Assembly: GCA_963842845.1 (NCBI GenBank) | Contig: CAWJHZ010000007.1 | Coordinates: 8,342 to 72,341 of the forward strand | DNA from: an uncultured Chloroflexia bacterium | Lineage (GTDB): Bacteria > Chloroflexota > Dehalococcoidia > DSTF01 > JALHUB01 | Direction: 5' to 3' | Length of the DNA: 64,000 bases | Part shown: piece after piece, positions 52,284-63,010 of the stretch | Layout: every line of letters begins with the position of its first letter | Position numbering within the stretch: position 1 is the first letter of the stretch | Notes under the pieces: model-generated | Seen by the model: only the letters and a program-made list of their open reading frames with translations | What the model was told of the DNA's origin: nothing | Database searches by the model: none | Program-made: the position numbers and the translations under genes

Positions 52284-53122
52284 CAGCGTCCGAGGCGCTC
52301 CACGCCGCCCGGTGCCGCCTCGAAGACGCCGGCATCGACGACGCCGCGCTGGAGGCGGAAGTCCTCCTCCGGCACGTCCTCGGCCTCGACCGCGCCCGTC
52401 TCTTCGCCCGCCTCGACGACGCCATCGACGAAAACGCCCTCCTCGCCTTTCAGCGCCTCGTCGACCGAAGGCTCGCCCACGAGCCAACCGCCTACATCAT
52501 CGGCCACCGCGAGTTGTACGGACTCGACCTCGAGACGACGCCGGATGCCCTCATCCCGCGTCCCGAGACCGAGCTTCTGGTCGAGGAGGCGCTCCGCCTC
52601 GCTCCCGACAGTCCCTTCACGATAGCCGACGTCGGCACCGGCTGCGGCGCCATCGCTGTCGCGCTGGCAACGCGGCTGCCGCAAGCAGACGTCTACGCCG
52701 TGGACGACTCGGCGTCCGCCCTCGCCCTCGCCGCCCGCAACGTCGCGCGACATGGCCTGACGGAACGCATCCGCGTCCTTCCCGGCGACCTGCTGAGCCC
52801 CCTGCCGGAGCCCGTCGACCTCATCGTCGCCAACCTTCCTTATGTAAAGACCGCCGACTGGGAGGCGCTGCCGCCGGAGATACGCGACTACGAGCCGCGC
52901 GCCGCCCTCGACGCCGGGCCGAACGGCACGGAAGTGCTGGAGCGGCTGCTGCGTGCGGCGCCGTCTCACATGCGGCCGGCCGGACGCCTGCTGGCGGAGC
53001 TCGCCTGGGACGAAGGGGAACGATTGCTGGAAGTTGCGCGGGAGTGCTTCCCCGCAGCGCAGGCTGCAATCATCACAGATTTGGGCGGATTGGACCGCGT
53101 CATCCGCGTCGAGGTGCCTTAG
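52280..53122 (+). CDS. prmC: release factor glutamine N5-methyltransferase
   Basis: GTG start overlapping the prfA stop. SAM motif [12 protein letters not shown] and NPPY-type motif (VANLPY). Confidence 0.8.
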   Translation: MTASEALHAARCRLEDAGIDDAALEAEVLLRHVLGLDRARLFARLDDAIDENALLAFQRLVDRRLAHEPTAYIIGHRELYGLDLETTPDALIPRPETELLVEEALRLAPDSPFTIADVGTGCGAIAVALATRLPQADVYAVDDSASALALAARNVARHGLTERIRVLPGDLLSPLPEPVDLIVANLPYVKTADWEALPPEIRDYEPRAALDAGPNGTEVLERLLRAAPSHMRPAGRLLAELAWDEGERLLEVARECFPAAQAAIITDLGGLDRVIRVEVP

Positions 53123-53324
53123 GTCCAACGCTCTGCTGGCTTCAAACCGATTCGGCAACGCAAACCGGCGACAATGGGGAGGAATACGATTCGCAGGAGC
53201 GAGTACCGTCCTTTGCGTTGTCACAGGTTGGCGGAACTTCCGGAAGGCTGAGGGTTTCAACGGTAACTATCCCTTGACTGTAGAGGACTCTTGTGTTAGA
53301 GTTAGGGCATGGAGGACAAAAGCC

Positions 53325-54251
53325 ATGCCGCCAGTAAATAGAAACCAGCCGATCCGAGCCCTGTCTTCGGACTCGCGTTACTCCCTTATGGAGTTCATGC
53401 GCGAGTTTCCGGACGATGCTACCTGCCTTGAGTGGCTGTGGCGCAACCGCTACTCTTCGGACGGCGTTCACGCCGATTGTCCGGAGTGTGGCGTTGAGCG
53501 AACGTTCAAGCGTTACCACACCGCGCAGACGCGGCAGTCTTGGACGTGTACGGCTTGCGGAGAACACCTTCACCCCACGGCTGGCACGATCTTCCATAAG
53601 TCCTCCACTTCGCTTCATCTATGGTTTTACGCCATGTACCTCATGACCAGCACCCGATGCGGCGTTTCCGCTAAGCAGTTGGAGCGCGAACTTGGCGTTA
53701 CCTACAAGACGGCGTGGCGCATGGCCCACGAAATCAGACACAAGCTGATGACTGAGGACGGGGAGCCGCTGTCCGGCGCAGTCGAGATTGACCACACCTA
53801 CATCGGCGGGCGACGACGCGGCATGGGGCGCGGGTACATCGACAACAAAGAGGCCGTCTTCGGAGCCGTTGAGCGCAAGGGACGCGTCAAGGTCGAGCAC
53901 GTCGGCACGGTTCGCTCTAACGTCAACTCTCGCCTCATTCGCAAGCACGTCATGCCGAGCACCCTCATTTACACCGATGAGGGGCGAGAGTTCGCTAAAC
54001 TCGGCAAGCGCGGTTGGGAGCATCGGCGCATCCGGCATGAAGCGAGTGTCTACGTGAGTGGAGATATCCACACCAACACCGTTGAGGGCTTTTGGTCCAT
54101 CGTGAAGCGCGGCATCAGCGGGGTATATCATGCCGTCTCTGCTAAGCATCTTCAGGACTACCTAAACGAGTATGCGTGGCGCTACAATCACCGGAAGTCG
54201 GCTCGCGCCCAGTTTGAGGAGTTACTTCTTCGGGGGACTCTTCCGAGTTGA
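53325..54251 (+). CDS. IS1595-family (ISXO2-like) transposase with N-terminal zinc ribbon
   Basis: RBS GGAGGA then ATG. CPECG...CTACG zinc ribbon, then a DDE-type region (...VEIDHTYIGG...IYTDEGREF...NTVEGFWSIVKRG). Confidence 0.7.
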   Translation: MPPVNRNQPIRALSSDSRYSLMEFMREFPDDATCLEWLWRNRYSSDGVHADCPECGVERTFKRYHTAQTRQSWTCTACGEHLHPTAGTIFHKSSTSLHLWFYAMYLMTSTRCGVSAKQLERELGVTYKTAWRMAHEIRHKLMTEDGEPLSGAVEIDHTYIGGRRRGMGRGYIDNKEAVFGAVERKGRVKVEHVGTVRSNVNSRLIRKHVMPSTLIYTDEGREFAKLGKRGWEHRRIRHEASVYVSGDIHTNTVEGFWSIVKRGISGVYHAVSAKHLQDYLNEYAWRYNHRKSARAQFEELLLRGTLPS

Positions 54252-54375
54252 GGGCTTCGCTGCCTTTTTCAGGTCGCGCATAAAATCCTTGCGCTTGGGT
54301 ACAGGGATTTCGAGGCCCTTTGGGGTTTTCTGGGTAGGTCGCCTGTTGTCCTCTGTCATATAACGAGGGTACTCC

Positions 54376-55170
54376 TTGGGTGAAATAAATCCAACCTGCG
54401 CTCTTACTCTCAGGCTCAAGCGTGCATGGTTCCACATCTCTGAGTTCGAAGAGCGGGTCAAGAATTGGACAGATCAGAAGCCCTGCACGAGTTACACCGA
54501 ACACTATGATCGGGAGGATCACGTCCTCTGGTTGGAGCGCATCCACGTCAACCAACCGTTGCCGGCCCATCTTGGCGTCGTTGTCGGCGATGCGGTTCAC
54601 AACATGCGAGCCACCCTTGATAATCTCTTCTGGTCGCTCGTTCCTGTCATCGCCAGAAGCAATGCCCTCAAGTTCCCCATCGTCTTCTCTGGCGATGACC
54701 TCCTCCTTGCAGCTGGTGTCGATACCCTGTCGCTCAACGTCGTCGCTGCTCTCGACTCGGTACAGCCTTACAAGGCTGGGAATCCGGCGGGCAGACATCT
54801 TCACCTTCTCAATTCCTTGTGGAATGAGGACAAGCATCGACAGGTCGCTGTCTTCGCCTCGATTCCTATGTTCGCAAGACAAAACTCCCAGACGGGATGG
54901 GAAGTCAAGCTGTTCGGCGGGCCGGTGGTAGACGGCAAGATACTGGCTCGAATTATTACCCCGATAACTGACGAACCGGACCACAATCCCTCTCTCTCCC
55001 TGGATGTAGTCTTTGATGGGGGACCGGCTGACGGCCAACTCGCAGTTCTCGTTCTGAAGAATTGCCACAAGGCTGTCCGAGAAATACTCACCAAGGTATT
55101 CCCCGGCTTCGATCCATGGGCGACCATTCAGGGCGATTTCGGCCATTCGTCGCCAGAGGTTAGCAGTTGA
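54376..55170 (+). CDS. hypothetical protein, passenger gene inside the IS1595-like element
   Basis: 264-aa ORF lying between the transposase stop and the right inverted repeat. No recognisable family. Confidence 0.4.
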   Translation: MGEINPTCALTLRLKRAWFHISEFEERVKNWTDQKPCTSYTEHYDREDHVLWLERIHVNQPLPAHLGVVVGDAVHNMRATLDNLFWSLVPVIARSNALKFPIVFSGDDLLLAAGVDTLSLNVVAALDSVQPYKAGNPAGRHLHLLNSLWNEDKHRQVAVFASIPMFARQNSQTGWEVKLFGGPVVDGKILARIITPITDEPDHNPSLSLDVVFDGGPADGQLAVLVLKNCHKAVREILTKVFPGFDPWATIQGDFGHSSPEVSS

Positions 55171-55286
55171 CCTCTTCTGTGTGGCGTTCGCATCGCGTCT
55201 CATTCTAGGCATGAGACGCCTCTACAGTAAAGGGATAGTTGCCGTTTCAACCCTCAGAACGGCTCTCCTATCAGCAAGGAGCGTCG

Positions 55287-56396
55287 CTAGGCCGAGGTAA
55301 TCGTCTTCCCTTCCGTCTTTATCGAAGGCGCAATCACCATCTCCGCCTGGTGGAACTCGCGGACGTTGCTCGCCCCGCAGACGCCCAGCGCGGTCCGCAG
55401 AACGCCGGCAAGGTTCTCCGTGCCGTCGCTGCGAGACGTCGGCCCGTAGAGGATCTTTTCCAGGCTCGCCCGCACGCCAACGTGGACGCGCTTGCCCCGC
55501 GGCAGCTCCGCGTGCGGCGCCGACATCCCCCAGTGGTAGCCGCCTCCCGGCGCCTCCTCCGCAACGGCCAGAAGCGTCCCCAGCATCGCCGCGTCGGCGC
55601 CCGCCGCAAACGCCTTGCACAGGTCGCCGCCGGTGTGGATGCCGCCGTCGGCGATTATCGGCACGTAGCGGCCGCTTTCCCGCTCGAACGCGTCGCGCGC
55701 GGCGGCGCAGTCGATTATCGCCGTCACTTGCGGCACGCCGATGCCCAGCACGTCGCGCGTCGTGCAAATGACACTTGGCCCGACACCGATGAGCACGGCC
55801 GCGATGCCCGTCTCCATCAGGTCCTTGCAAGGACCGAAGCTGACGGTGTTGCCGACTATCACGGGCACCGGCACTTGCTCGCACAGCTTGTCGAAGCGAA
55901 GGCCTTCCAGGCTGCGAGAGCTGTGACGCGCCGTCGTCACGGTCGACTGGACGACGAACACGTCCACGCCTGCTTCCACGGCCACCGGCGCGAATCGCTT
56001 GGCGTTCGCCGGCGTACAGGAGACGGCGCAGAGGGCGCCCTCTCGCTTGACGGCCCGCACGCGCTCGCCGACGAGGTCGAGGCGCACCGGCTGCGAATAG
56101 ATTCGCTGCAGTAGCGCGCCGACGGTCTCCTGCGGCGCCGCGGCTATCTCTCGAAGAACGCTCTCCGGGTCCCCGTACCGCGTCTGCAGGCCGTCGACGT
56201 TGAGAACGGCAAGCCCACCGAGTTGCGAGAAGACGGCGGCCGACCGCGGGTCGACTACCGCGTCCATGCCGGCCGCCAGGAACGGCAGTCGCAGCTTGAC
56301 ATCGCCGAGGGCAAACGAGATATCGACAAGTTCCGGGTTGATGGTAACGTCGCCGGGGACAATCGCGACCTCGTCGAAGCCGTAGGCGCGGCGCAT
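55287..56396 (-). CDS. IMP dehydrogenase/GMP reductase family protein (GuaB-like, no CBS pair)
   Basis: Catalytic loop GVGPSVICTTRDVLGIGVPQVTAI and ...IIADGGIHTGGDLCKAFAAGADAAMLG. Start chosen at MRRAYGFDEVAIVPGD, matching the IMPDH N-terminus. The ORF extends upstream to 56507. Confidence 0.6.
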   Translation of the reverse strand: MRRAYGFDEVAIVPGDVTINPELVDISFALGDVKLRLPFLAAGMDAVVDPRSAAVFSQLGGLAVLNVDGLQTRYGDPESVLREIAAAPQETVGALLQRIYSQPVRLDLVGERVRAVKREGALCAVSCTPANAKRFAPVAVEAGVDVFVVQSTVTTARHSSRSLEGLRFDKLCEQVPVPVIVGNTVSFGPCKDLMETGIAAVLIGVGPSVICTTRDVLGIGVPQVTAIIDCAAARDAFERESGRYVPIIADGGIHTGGDLCKAFAAGADAAMLGTLLAVAEEAPGGGYHWGMSAPHAELPRGKRVHVGVRASLEKILYGPTSRSDGTENLAGVLRTALGVCGASNVREFHQAEMVIAPSIKTEGKTITSA

Positions 56397-56693
56397 CTGC
56401 TTCGCGCCGGGCGGCGCCAGGCGCATCTCTTCCCGTTGCTCGGCGTCGATAACCGCAGAGGATGCAGACGCCCGACCCGGGACGCCCTGCCAGCCAACGT
56501 CCCTCATTGCGCTACCCTCCCTTCGGACGGTGGAACTACGAGGAGTATAGTGAAACTAGGTTTCGGGAAACGCTGTCCGTCTCCGCTTTTCGAACCTATG
56601 ACTGAAAACGATTTCGGCTGAACTACTCGAGGTAAATCGGCTGCTTGAAGAATAGTATAACCGGCTCCGCTGAGGAGGGTCTAGGGATGGCGC

Positions 56694-57372
56694 TCAAAAA
56701 GTCGTCACAATTTGCGCCGCTATTCCACCTAACAACATCAGCGCCCCAGTGCCGAACACGAAAGTGCGTAGGCTAGCACCTCCCGACAACACCTTCTGCG
56801 CAAGTCCGAGGAGCCACAGTGTAATGGCTGGGAGAATCAAAAAGGGAACGACTCCAAGGATATGGAAAGGAATGCCTAGTATCCACAACATCCATTGGAG
56901 AATACTCGTTCTAGCCGTGCCGCCGAATGCGAGCGGATTCAGCAGATCCCAATTGACGCGTGCCATCCGTTTCACTATCTCTATCGCATGACGGCGGCGC
57001 ACCAGCGGCACAGTCTTTGCAACCGCAAGTCGGCAGACCTCATCAGAGATAGCACTTGCAAATATCACAGCGAGCAACGCGCCTTTTGCTGGGTGCGAAA
57101 GCGAGCGACCGAAGATCAAGACGAGCACGACGGGAACGAGCGACAAGACTGCAAGATACGCTGTAAGTAGCAGAATCACTCCCCACACAACGTGGCGACT
57201 CCCCAGTCCCTTTCGAAGCGCCTCTTCAACGCCCCTTAGGCGCTCGGGCCCAAGTATCTCCGGCGCAATGAGGAAGAACGAGAAGAACTCCGCGAGTAGA
57301 CCCGCGCGACCCATCCACGCGCCCGTCCAGATCGAGAGGGGCGGCAAGTCGAGATGACCAAGAATGGCCTGC
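56694..57372 (-). CDS. hypothetical integral membrane protein
   Basis: Multiple hydrophobic spans. Start tentatively at MQAILGHL (the ORF extends to 57536). Confidence 0.4.
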
Positions 57373-57540
57373 ATGGACGGATTATAGCATCGTGGGATAC
57401 CCCTTCTAGCTACGTAGGGCACAAATCCTCGCCCCTTGGATGCTGCTGTCGGCTCTGCCTGTCGGTCTCCTCCTTCTTTTGTCTTGCCTCTTCTTCCGGA
57501 TTGTGTTGACAAGTAGAATGCACACCGGAGGTGCAAGCAG

Positions 57541-58086
57541 ATGAACGTGAGCTATAAATGCACAGACGAAGATTGGCGCAAGTCAACACGGGCAGGCTGG
57601 GAACGCATGCCAGCCCTCAAGCGTGCGCTGTACTTCGAGCGGTTCGTCTTCACTGCCATCGCCTTCCTGCTCGGTCTGTCACTGGGGAGGCATTCAATCC
57701 CTTGGGTCGCTTTCCCCGTGGCTCTTGTGGTGTTCCTGCTCTATCCGTACTTGATAAAGGCGTCTCTGGGTCGTCGCGCGGATCGGTTGATGAGAGAAGC
57801 GCATGGTGTGCCCTCGTGGGAGACGGAGGAATACGTGATTGACGAGTATGGGATGACGAATCGTGACGTTCTCGGCGAGACAACTACGCGGTGGTGGGCG
57901 TGCAAGGGAGCTTCGATGCATCGCGGAGATGTCTATATTGACACAATCCGAGGGGGTTATCGAGTTGCGAGGCGCGGTTTCAGAAGCGAGACGGAGCTCC
58001 GTGCTTTTGTGGATTTCGTCAACAATCACAAGGGGTTCAAGAGCGTCGCGGCGACGGATGCTGCGGAACGAGATAGTGTTGGCTGA
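57541..58086 (+). CDS. hypothetical membrane protein (YcxB-like)
   Basis: 181 aa with two predicted N-terminal TM helices. No motif recognised. Confidence 0.35.
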   Translation: MNVSYKCTDEDWRKSTRAGWERMPALKRALYFERFVFTAIAFLLGLSLGRHSIPWVAFPVALVVFLLYPYLIKASLGRRADRLMREAHGVPSWETEEYVIDEYGMTNRDVLGETTTRWWACKGASMHRGDVYIDTIRGGYRVARRGFRSETELRAFVDFVNNHKGFKSVAATDAAERDSVG

Positions 58087-58231
58087 GGTTGTGGCCGTCG
58101 AGTCGGAGATATAGACACCGACTCGACGCCATCGATAAGGCGACAGCGCCGTCTATCTTCGCCGTTCCCGAACCTGTAACGATCTGATATAATTCCGAAA
58201 AAAGCTAGTCGTTAGGGCAACTCTTGACATA

Positions 58232-59050
58232 ATGGGCACGCTCTACCTCGTCGCGACGCCGATCGGCAACCTGGAAGACGTCACGCTGCGGGCGCTGCGA
58301 ACGCTGAAAGAGGTCGACCTCATCGCCGCCGAGGACACCCGCACGACGCGCAAGCTCCTCTCCCACTACGACGTCCACACGCCCCTGACCAGCTACAACG
58401 ACCGCAACAAGCGCTCGAAGACGTCGGTCATCCTCGCGAAGCTGGCCGACGCCGACGTTGCCCTCGTCTCGGAAGCCGGCATGCCCGCCATCAGCGACCC
58501 CGGGCAGGACCTGGTCCGCGCCGTCTACGCCGCCGGCCTTTCGGTCGTCCCCGTGCCCGGCCCGTCGGCGATTACGACGGCGCTTGCCGCCGCCGGCCTG
58601 CCGACGCGCGCCTTCACGTACCTCGGCTTCCTGCCGCGCCAGGCGATGGAACGTCGGCGCCTCCTGCAGTCGCTGGCGGCGCGCGAAGAGACGCTCGTCG
58701 CTTTCGAGGCGCCGCACCGTCTGCGCCGGACGCTTTCGGACATCGAGCAGGCGCTGGGCAACCGCGACGTCGCCGTCTGCCGCGAGCTGACGAAGCTCTA
58801 CGAGGAGGTGTTTCGCGGCCGCATTTCCGAAGCCCTGCGGCACTTCTCGGAGCCGCGCGGCGAGTTCACGCTCGTCATCGCCGGCGCTCCTGCCCCATCG
58901 GCCGACGAAGCGATCTCACCTGAGGTCATCGCCGAGATGCAGCGGCTGCGCCAAGAGGGCGTCGGCGCGCAGGCCGCGACGGCGCAGCTCTCGCAACGCT
59001 ACGGGCTGCCGCGGCGCCGGCTCTACCGCATCTGGCTCTCCCTCGACTAG
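58232..59050 (+). CDS. rsmI: 16S rRNA (cytidine1402-2'-O)-methyltransferase
   Basis: MGTLYLVATPIGNLEDVTLRALRTLKEVDLIAAEDTR is the typical RsmI/tetrapyrrole-methylase-fold N-terminus. 272 aa. Confidence 0.8.
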   Translation: MGTLYLVATPIGNLEDVTLRALRTLKEVDLIAAEDTRTTRKLLSHYDVHTPLTSYNDRNKRSKTSVILAKLADADVALVSEAGMPAISDPGQDLVRAVYAAGLSVVPVPGPSAITTALAAAGLPTRAFTYLGFLPRQAMERRRLLQSLAAREETLVAFEAPHRLRRTLSDIEQALGNRDVAVCRELTKLYEEVFRGRISEALRHFSEPRGEFTLVIAGAPAPSADEAISPEVIAEMQRLRQEGVGAQAATAQLSQRYGLPRRRLYRIWLSLD

Positions 59051-59095
59051 TCCTCCCTCTCGGTCGAACCGCCGAGTCTGCTACAATACTCTCCC

Positions 59096-61489
59096 ATGGA
59101 CGAAAAGACCCTCGCGACGCTGGAGTTCGAAAAGGTCCTGGCGCGGCTGGCGAAGCATACCGCCTTCTCCGCCGGCCGCGACCTCGCCTTAGCCCTGCGC
59201 CCGTCGAGCGACTACGAGGAGGTGCTGCGCAACCAGCGTCTCACCGCCGAAGCGCGACGCCTGCGCGATGCTGTCCCCCGCAGCGGGCTCGGCGGCGTTC
59301 ACGACGTGCGACAGCTCGCCAACAAGGCGAATCTCGGCGGCATCCTCGAGCCGTCGGAGTTGCTCGATGTCGCCGGCACGCTGGCGGCGGGACGCTCCCT
59401 CAAAGAGACGCTCGTTCGACAGGGCGGACCGCCCGCCGACAAGCTGCCCCTCCTCGTGGAGATAGCCGGCCGCATCACCGACCTCGCCGAAGTCCCCTCC
59501 GAGATCTACCGCTGCATCACGCCGCGCGCCGAGATCGCCGACGCCGCCAGCCCGACGCTCGCGATCGTCCGCCGCGACCTCCACACGGTTCACGACCGCC
59601 TCTACGCTAAGCTCCAGGAGCTCCTGACCGCGCCCGACATGCGCGCCGCCATCCAGGAGCCCATCATTACCCTGCGCGAAGGCCGCTACGTCATCCCTAT
59701 CAAGGTCGAGGCCGGCGGCCAGGTACGCGGCATCATCCACGACGTGTCGGCCAGCGGCGCGACGGTCTTCATCGAGCCTCTCGCGGTCGTCGACCTCGGC
59801 AACGTCTGGCGCGAGACGCAGGCGGAGGAGCAGCGCGAAGTCGAGCGCGTCCTCCGCCGTCTCAGCGCCCTCGTCGGCCGCTCCGCCCACGCTATCGGCG
59901 TGAACATCCAATCGCTCGCGGAGCTCGACCTCGCTTTCGCCAAAGCCGCACTCGCCGAAGAGCTCGGCGCGACCGAGCTGCCCTACGACGGCGAATCGCA
60001 GCCCTGGCTCACTCGCCCGCCCGGCTCCCTTCACCTCGTGAACGCCCGTCATCCGCTGCTCCGCGGCGAAGTCGTCCCAATCTCGCTCTCCGTCGGCGGC
60101 AACTACAGCGTGCTGCTCATCACCGGCCCGAACACCGGCGGCAAGACGGTCGCCCTGAAGACGGTCGGCCTGCTGATCGCAATGGCCCAGGCCGGCCTGC
60201 CCGTGCCCGCCGACGCCGGCAGCCGCCTGCCCGTTTTCGACGCCGTCTTCGCCGACATCGGCGACGAGCAGAGCATCGAGCAATCGCTCTCCACCTTCAG
60301 CAGCCACATGACGAACATCATCGGTATCCTCGCCGGGGCCGGCCCAAACAGCCTCGTCCTCCTCGACGAGCTCGGCGCCGGAACCGACCCCGACGAAGGC
60401 GCCGCGCTTGCCCGCGCCCTCCTCGAGCGCGTCTTGACGATTGGCTGCCTGACGGTCGCGACGACCCACCACGGCGAGCTCAAGGTCTTCGCCCACACGA
60501 CCACCGGCATCATGAACGCCTCCGTCGAGTTCGACACCGAGACCCTCGCGCCGGCCTACCGCATCACCATCGGCCTGCCCGGCAGCAGCAACGCCCTGGC
60601 CATCGCCGAGCGGCTGGGCCTGCCGAAAGACGTCCTCGCCTCTGCCCGCGAGTCCATCGAGCCCGAGCGCGCGCACGCCGAAAGCCTACTGGCGGAGATA
60701 CAGCGCGAGCGCTCCGCCGCCGAAGACGCCCGCCGCGCCGAGTTGGTCGCCCGCAAAGAGGCGGAGCAGATCCGCCTGCGCCTGGAGGACAAGCTCGACG
60801 CCATCGAAGAGGAGCGCGAGCAAATCCTCGCCAACGCCCGCAACGAGGCGGAAGAAGAGCTGACGCGCATTCGACAGCTCCTCGCCCACGCCGGCCGCCG
60901 CATCGAACGACAGAAGCCGGAAGCCGCCGCCGAAAAGGTTGCCGCCGCCGAAGCCGTCGCCGAGACCCTGAAGCCGCCGCCGCCGTCGCCGAGACGCCGC
61001 GCTCGGAAGGGTGGCGACCTCGTGCTGCCGGAAGAGATCCAGGCCGGCGACATCGTCTGGGTGCGCGGGCTCGGCCGCTTCGGCGAAGCGCTGTCGCCGC
61101 CGGACGAGAAAGGCGAGGTGGCCATCCGACTCGGCTCGTTGCACAGCCAGGTGCCGCTGAAGAAGGTCGAAAAGGTGCAGCGCGTCAAGGCCCACGGCCC
61201 CGTTGTCGGTGGGACCGCCGCCGTCACGCCGCCGCCGTCCTCCGTGCCGATGGAGCTTCACATTCGCGGCGCCCGGCCTGAGCAGGTGCTGCCCGACGTC
61301 GACAAGTACCTCGACGACGCCTTCCGCGCCGGCCTGCCCTGGGTACGCATCGTCCACGGCAAAGGGACGGGCGTCCTGGCGCGCGCCGTCCGGCAGATGC
61401 TAGCGTCGCATCCGCTCGTGAAGGACTACGACTTCGCGCCGCGTGAAGAGGGCGGCGAAGGCGTCACCATCGCCCATCTGGCCAGCTAG
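59096..61489 (+). CDS. mutS2: endonuclease MutS2 (MutS domain ATPase plus C-terminal Smr domain)
   Basis: Walker A GPNTGGKTVALKTVGL. Long coiled-coil/KOW-like middle. C-terminal Smr (ELHIRGARPEQVLPDVDKYLDDAFRAGLPWVRIVHGKGTGVLARAVRQML). Confidence 0.85.
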   Translation: MDEKTLATLEFEKVLARLAKHTAFSAGRDLALALRPSSDYEEVLRNQRLTAEARRLRDAVPRSGLGGVHDVRQLANKANLGGILEPSELLDVAGTLAAGRSLKETLVRQGGPPADKLPLLVEIAGRITDLAEVPSEIYRCITPRAEIADAASPTLAIVRRDLHTVHDRLYAKLQELLTAPDMRAAIQEPIITLREGRYVIPIKVEAGGQVRGIIHDVSASGATVFIEPLAVVDLGNVWRETQAEEQREVERVLRRLSALVGRSAHAIGVNIQSLAELDLAFAKAALAEELGATELPYDGESQPWLTRPPGSLHLVNARHPLLRGEVVPISLSVGGNYSVLLITGPNTGGKTVALKTVGLLIAMAQAGLPVPADAGSRLPVFDAVFADIGDEQSIEQSLSTFSSHMTNIIGILAGAGPNSLVLLDELGAGTDPDEGAALARALLERVLTIGCLTVATTHHGELKVFAHTTTGIMNASVEFDTETLAPAYRITIGLPGSSNALAIAERLGLPKDVLASARESIEPERAHAESLLAEIQRERSAAEDARRAELVARKEAEQIRLRLEDKLDAIEEEREQILANARNEAEEELTRIRQLLAHAGRRIERQKPEAAAEKVAAAEAVAETLKPPPPSPRRRARKGGDLVLPEEIQAGDIVWVRGLGRFGEALSPPDEKGEVAIRLGSLHSQVPLKKVEKVQRVKAHGPVVGGTAAVTPPPSSVPMELHIRGARPEQVLPDVDKYLDDAFRAGLPWVRIVHGKGTGVLARAVRQMLASHPLVKDYDFAPREEGGEGVTIAHLAS

Positions 61490-61546
61490 GTTCGCAATGT
61501 AGAGGAGGCCGTGCGTCCCACAGCACCTCCCGCGAGGAACCCGGAC

Positions 61547-62071
61547 ATGGAGTCGGGAAACGAACTCAAATACGGCCAAGGCGCCACTCGCATTAAGCCC
61601 AGCGCTGCTCCCCTTCCGCCGAGAGGCCGACGCCTATTCGCGTTCCTGATCGACCTTACTATCGCCTTCTTTGTGGCGAGTTTCTTGTTCTCCACCTGGA
61701 TGAACGAGACGTTTGCCGAGTCCGACGCGAATCCACTTATAGGCGCATGGGTTTTCCTGCTAGTGCTTCCGGTTGCTTTGCCATACTACACTGTCTGCGA
61801 AATGCTTTGGGGACGCACCATCGGAAAAGCTTTACTTAGCATAAAGGTAGTCCCTCTTTCTGGCGATATGAAGCGCTGGCGAATCCTCATTCGAAACCTT
61901 GTGCGAATGACCTGGTTCATCCCTTACTTGGGTTACCCTTTCATCCTTTTCACTGATGCAATGCTTGTGATCGCGACCGAGAAGCATCAACGCTTGGGAG
62001 ATATGCTCGGCGGAACGACCGTAATACGGGCCAGCATATTCGGCAGTCACAATGAGGAGTCAAGAAGCTAA
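61547..62071 (+). CDS. RDD family membrane protein
   Basis: ...RGRRLFAFLIDLTIAFF...GKALLSIKVVPLSGD... typical RDD-domain layout. About 174 aa. Confidence 0.5.
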   Translation: MESGNELKYGQGATRIKPSAAPLPPRGRRLFAFLIDLTIAFFVASFLFSTWMNETFAESDANPLIGAWVFLLVLPVALPYYTVCEMLWGRTIGKALLSIKVVPLSGDMKRWRILIRNLVRMTWFIPYLGYPFILFTDAMLVIATEKHQRLGDMLGGTTVIRASIFGSHNEESRS

Positions 62072-62774
62072 TCTCGCCGTTGAGATTGACGCCCGCCTCC
62101 GCGCCGTCGCCAGCCCGGAGCGACAGCGTATCGCCGTCACCTACTTCCCCACCGCAATGGAGGTCATCGGCGTCTCCGTGCCCGACCTCCGCGCCATCGT
62201 CCGCGACGTCTCGAAGCGCTTGCGCGACGCGCCCCCCGAAGAAGTCCTGCGACTCGCCGACGCCGTTATCGACGCCGGCGCTTTCGAAGGCCGCCAGGTC
62301 GCCTACGAGCTCATCTACCGCCACCGCGGCGCCATGGCCGCTCTCACCGCCGAGCGCGTCGAAGCGCTGGGACGCGGCATCGACAACTGGGCTTCCGTCG
62401 ACGCCTTCGCCGGGACAATCAGCGGGCCGCTCTGGGCCAGGGGCGGGCTCGACGACGCCACGATTGTCCGCTGGGCCCGTTCGCCCGACCGCTGGTGGCG
62501 ACGCGCCGCCGTCGTCTCAACCGTCGTCCTCAGCCGCGAGTCGAAGGGAGCGGCGAGCGCCCGCACGCTGGCGGTCTGTGAGCTCGTCGCCTCTGACCGC
62601 GACGACATGGTGGCGAAGGCGCTCTCCTGGGCTTTGCGCGCCCTCAGCCAGTTCGACCGCGACGCCGTCATCGCCTTCGTCGAGCGGCACGAGTCGGAAC
62701 TGCCCGCGCGCGTCCGCCGCGAAGTCGCGACGAAACTGGCGACGGGGCTCAAGTCCAAGCGGCGAACCGTCTGA
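62052..62774 (+). CDS. DNA alkylation repair enzyme (AlkD/HEAT-repeat family)
   Basis: 240 aa. A pattern typical of the DNA alkylation repair protein family (...VTYFPTAMEVIGVSVPDLRAI...WASVDAF...WWRRAAVV...). Family-level call. Confidence 0.5.
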   Translation: MRSQEANLAVEIDARLRAVASPERQRIAVTYFPTAMEVIGVSVPDLRAIVRDVSKRLRDAPPEEVLRLADAVIDAGAFEGRQVAYELIYRHRGAMAALTAERVEALGRGIDNWASVDAFAGTISGPLWARGGLDDATIVRWARSPDRWWRRAAVVSTVVLSRESKGAASARTLAVCELVASDRDDMVAKALSWALRALSQFDRDAVIAFVERHESELPARVRREVATKLATGLKSKRRTV

Positions 62775-63010
62775 ACCCTCCCCCAATATTTGTCCAGGTC
62801 CAGACTGCGCCCCCGCTCCGGAGTGAAGTCCGGGGCTCTTCCTGGGTGTCGCTTGCCAGTGCAAGAACTCCCCCTCACCTACCTTGACAAGTGTCGATGA
62901 CAAGACTATAGTTGGTCTCGCCAACGGTTGGGGGATACACCTTCTCTGTGCGGCGCAACTCCATTCGCTGTTGCTCGCATGCTCACGATAGGCCCGAAAG
63001 GCAGGCAACA

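Larger units (their letters stand above)
53250..55256 (+). mobile_element. IS1595-family-like insertion sequence (about 2.0 kb) with about 37-bp imperfect terminal inverted repeats, carrying the transposase and one passenger ORF
   Basis: Left end GAGGGTTTCAACGGTAACTATCCCTTGACTGTAGAGG (53250-53286). The reverse complement of the right end (55219-55256) is GAGGGTTGAAACGGCAACTATCCCTTTACTGTAGAGG. Confidence 0.6.

Noticed and set aside
52953-53324. N-terminal 124-aa extension of the IS1595 transposase ORF
   Set aside because: The extension covers the IS inverted repeat and the prmC 3' region. A strong RBS plus ATG at 53325 gives the canonical transposase start.
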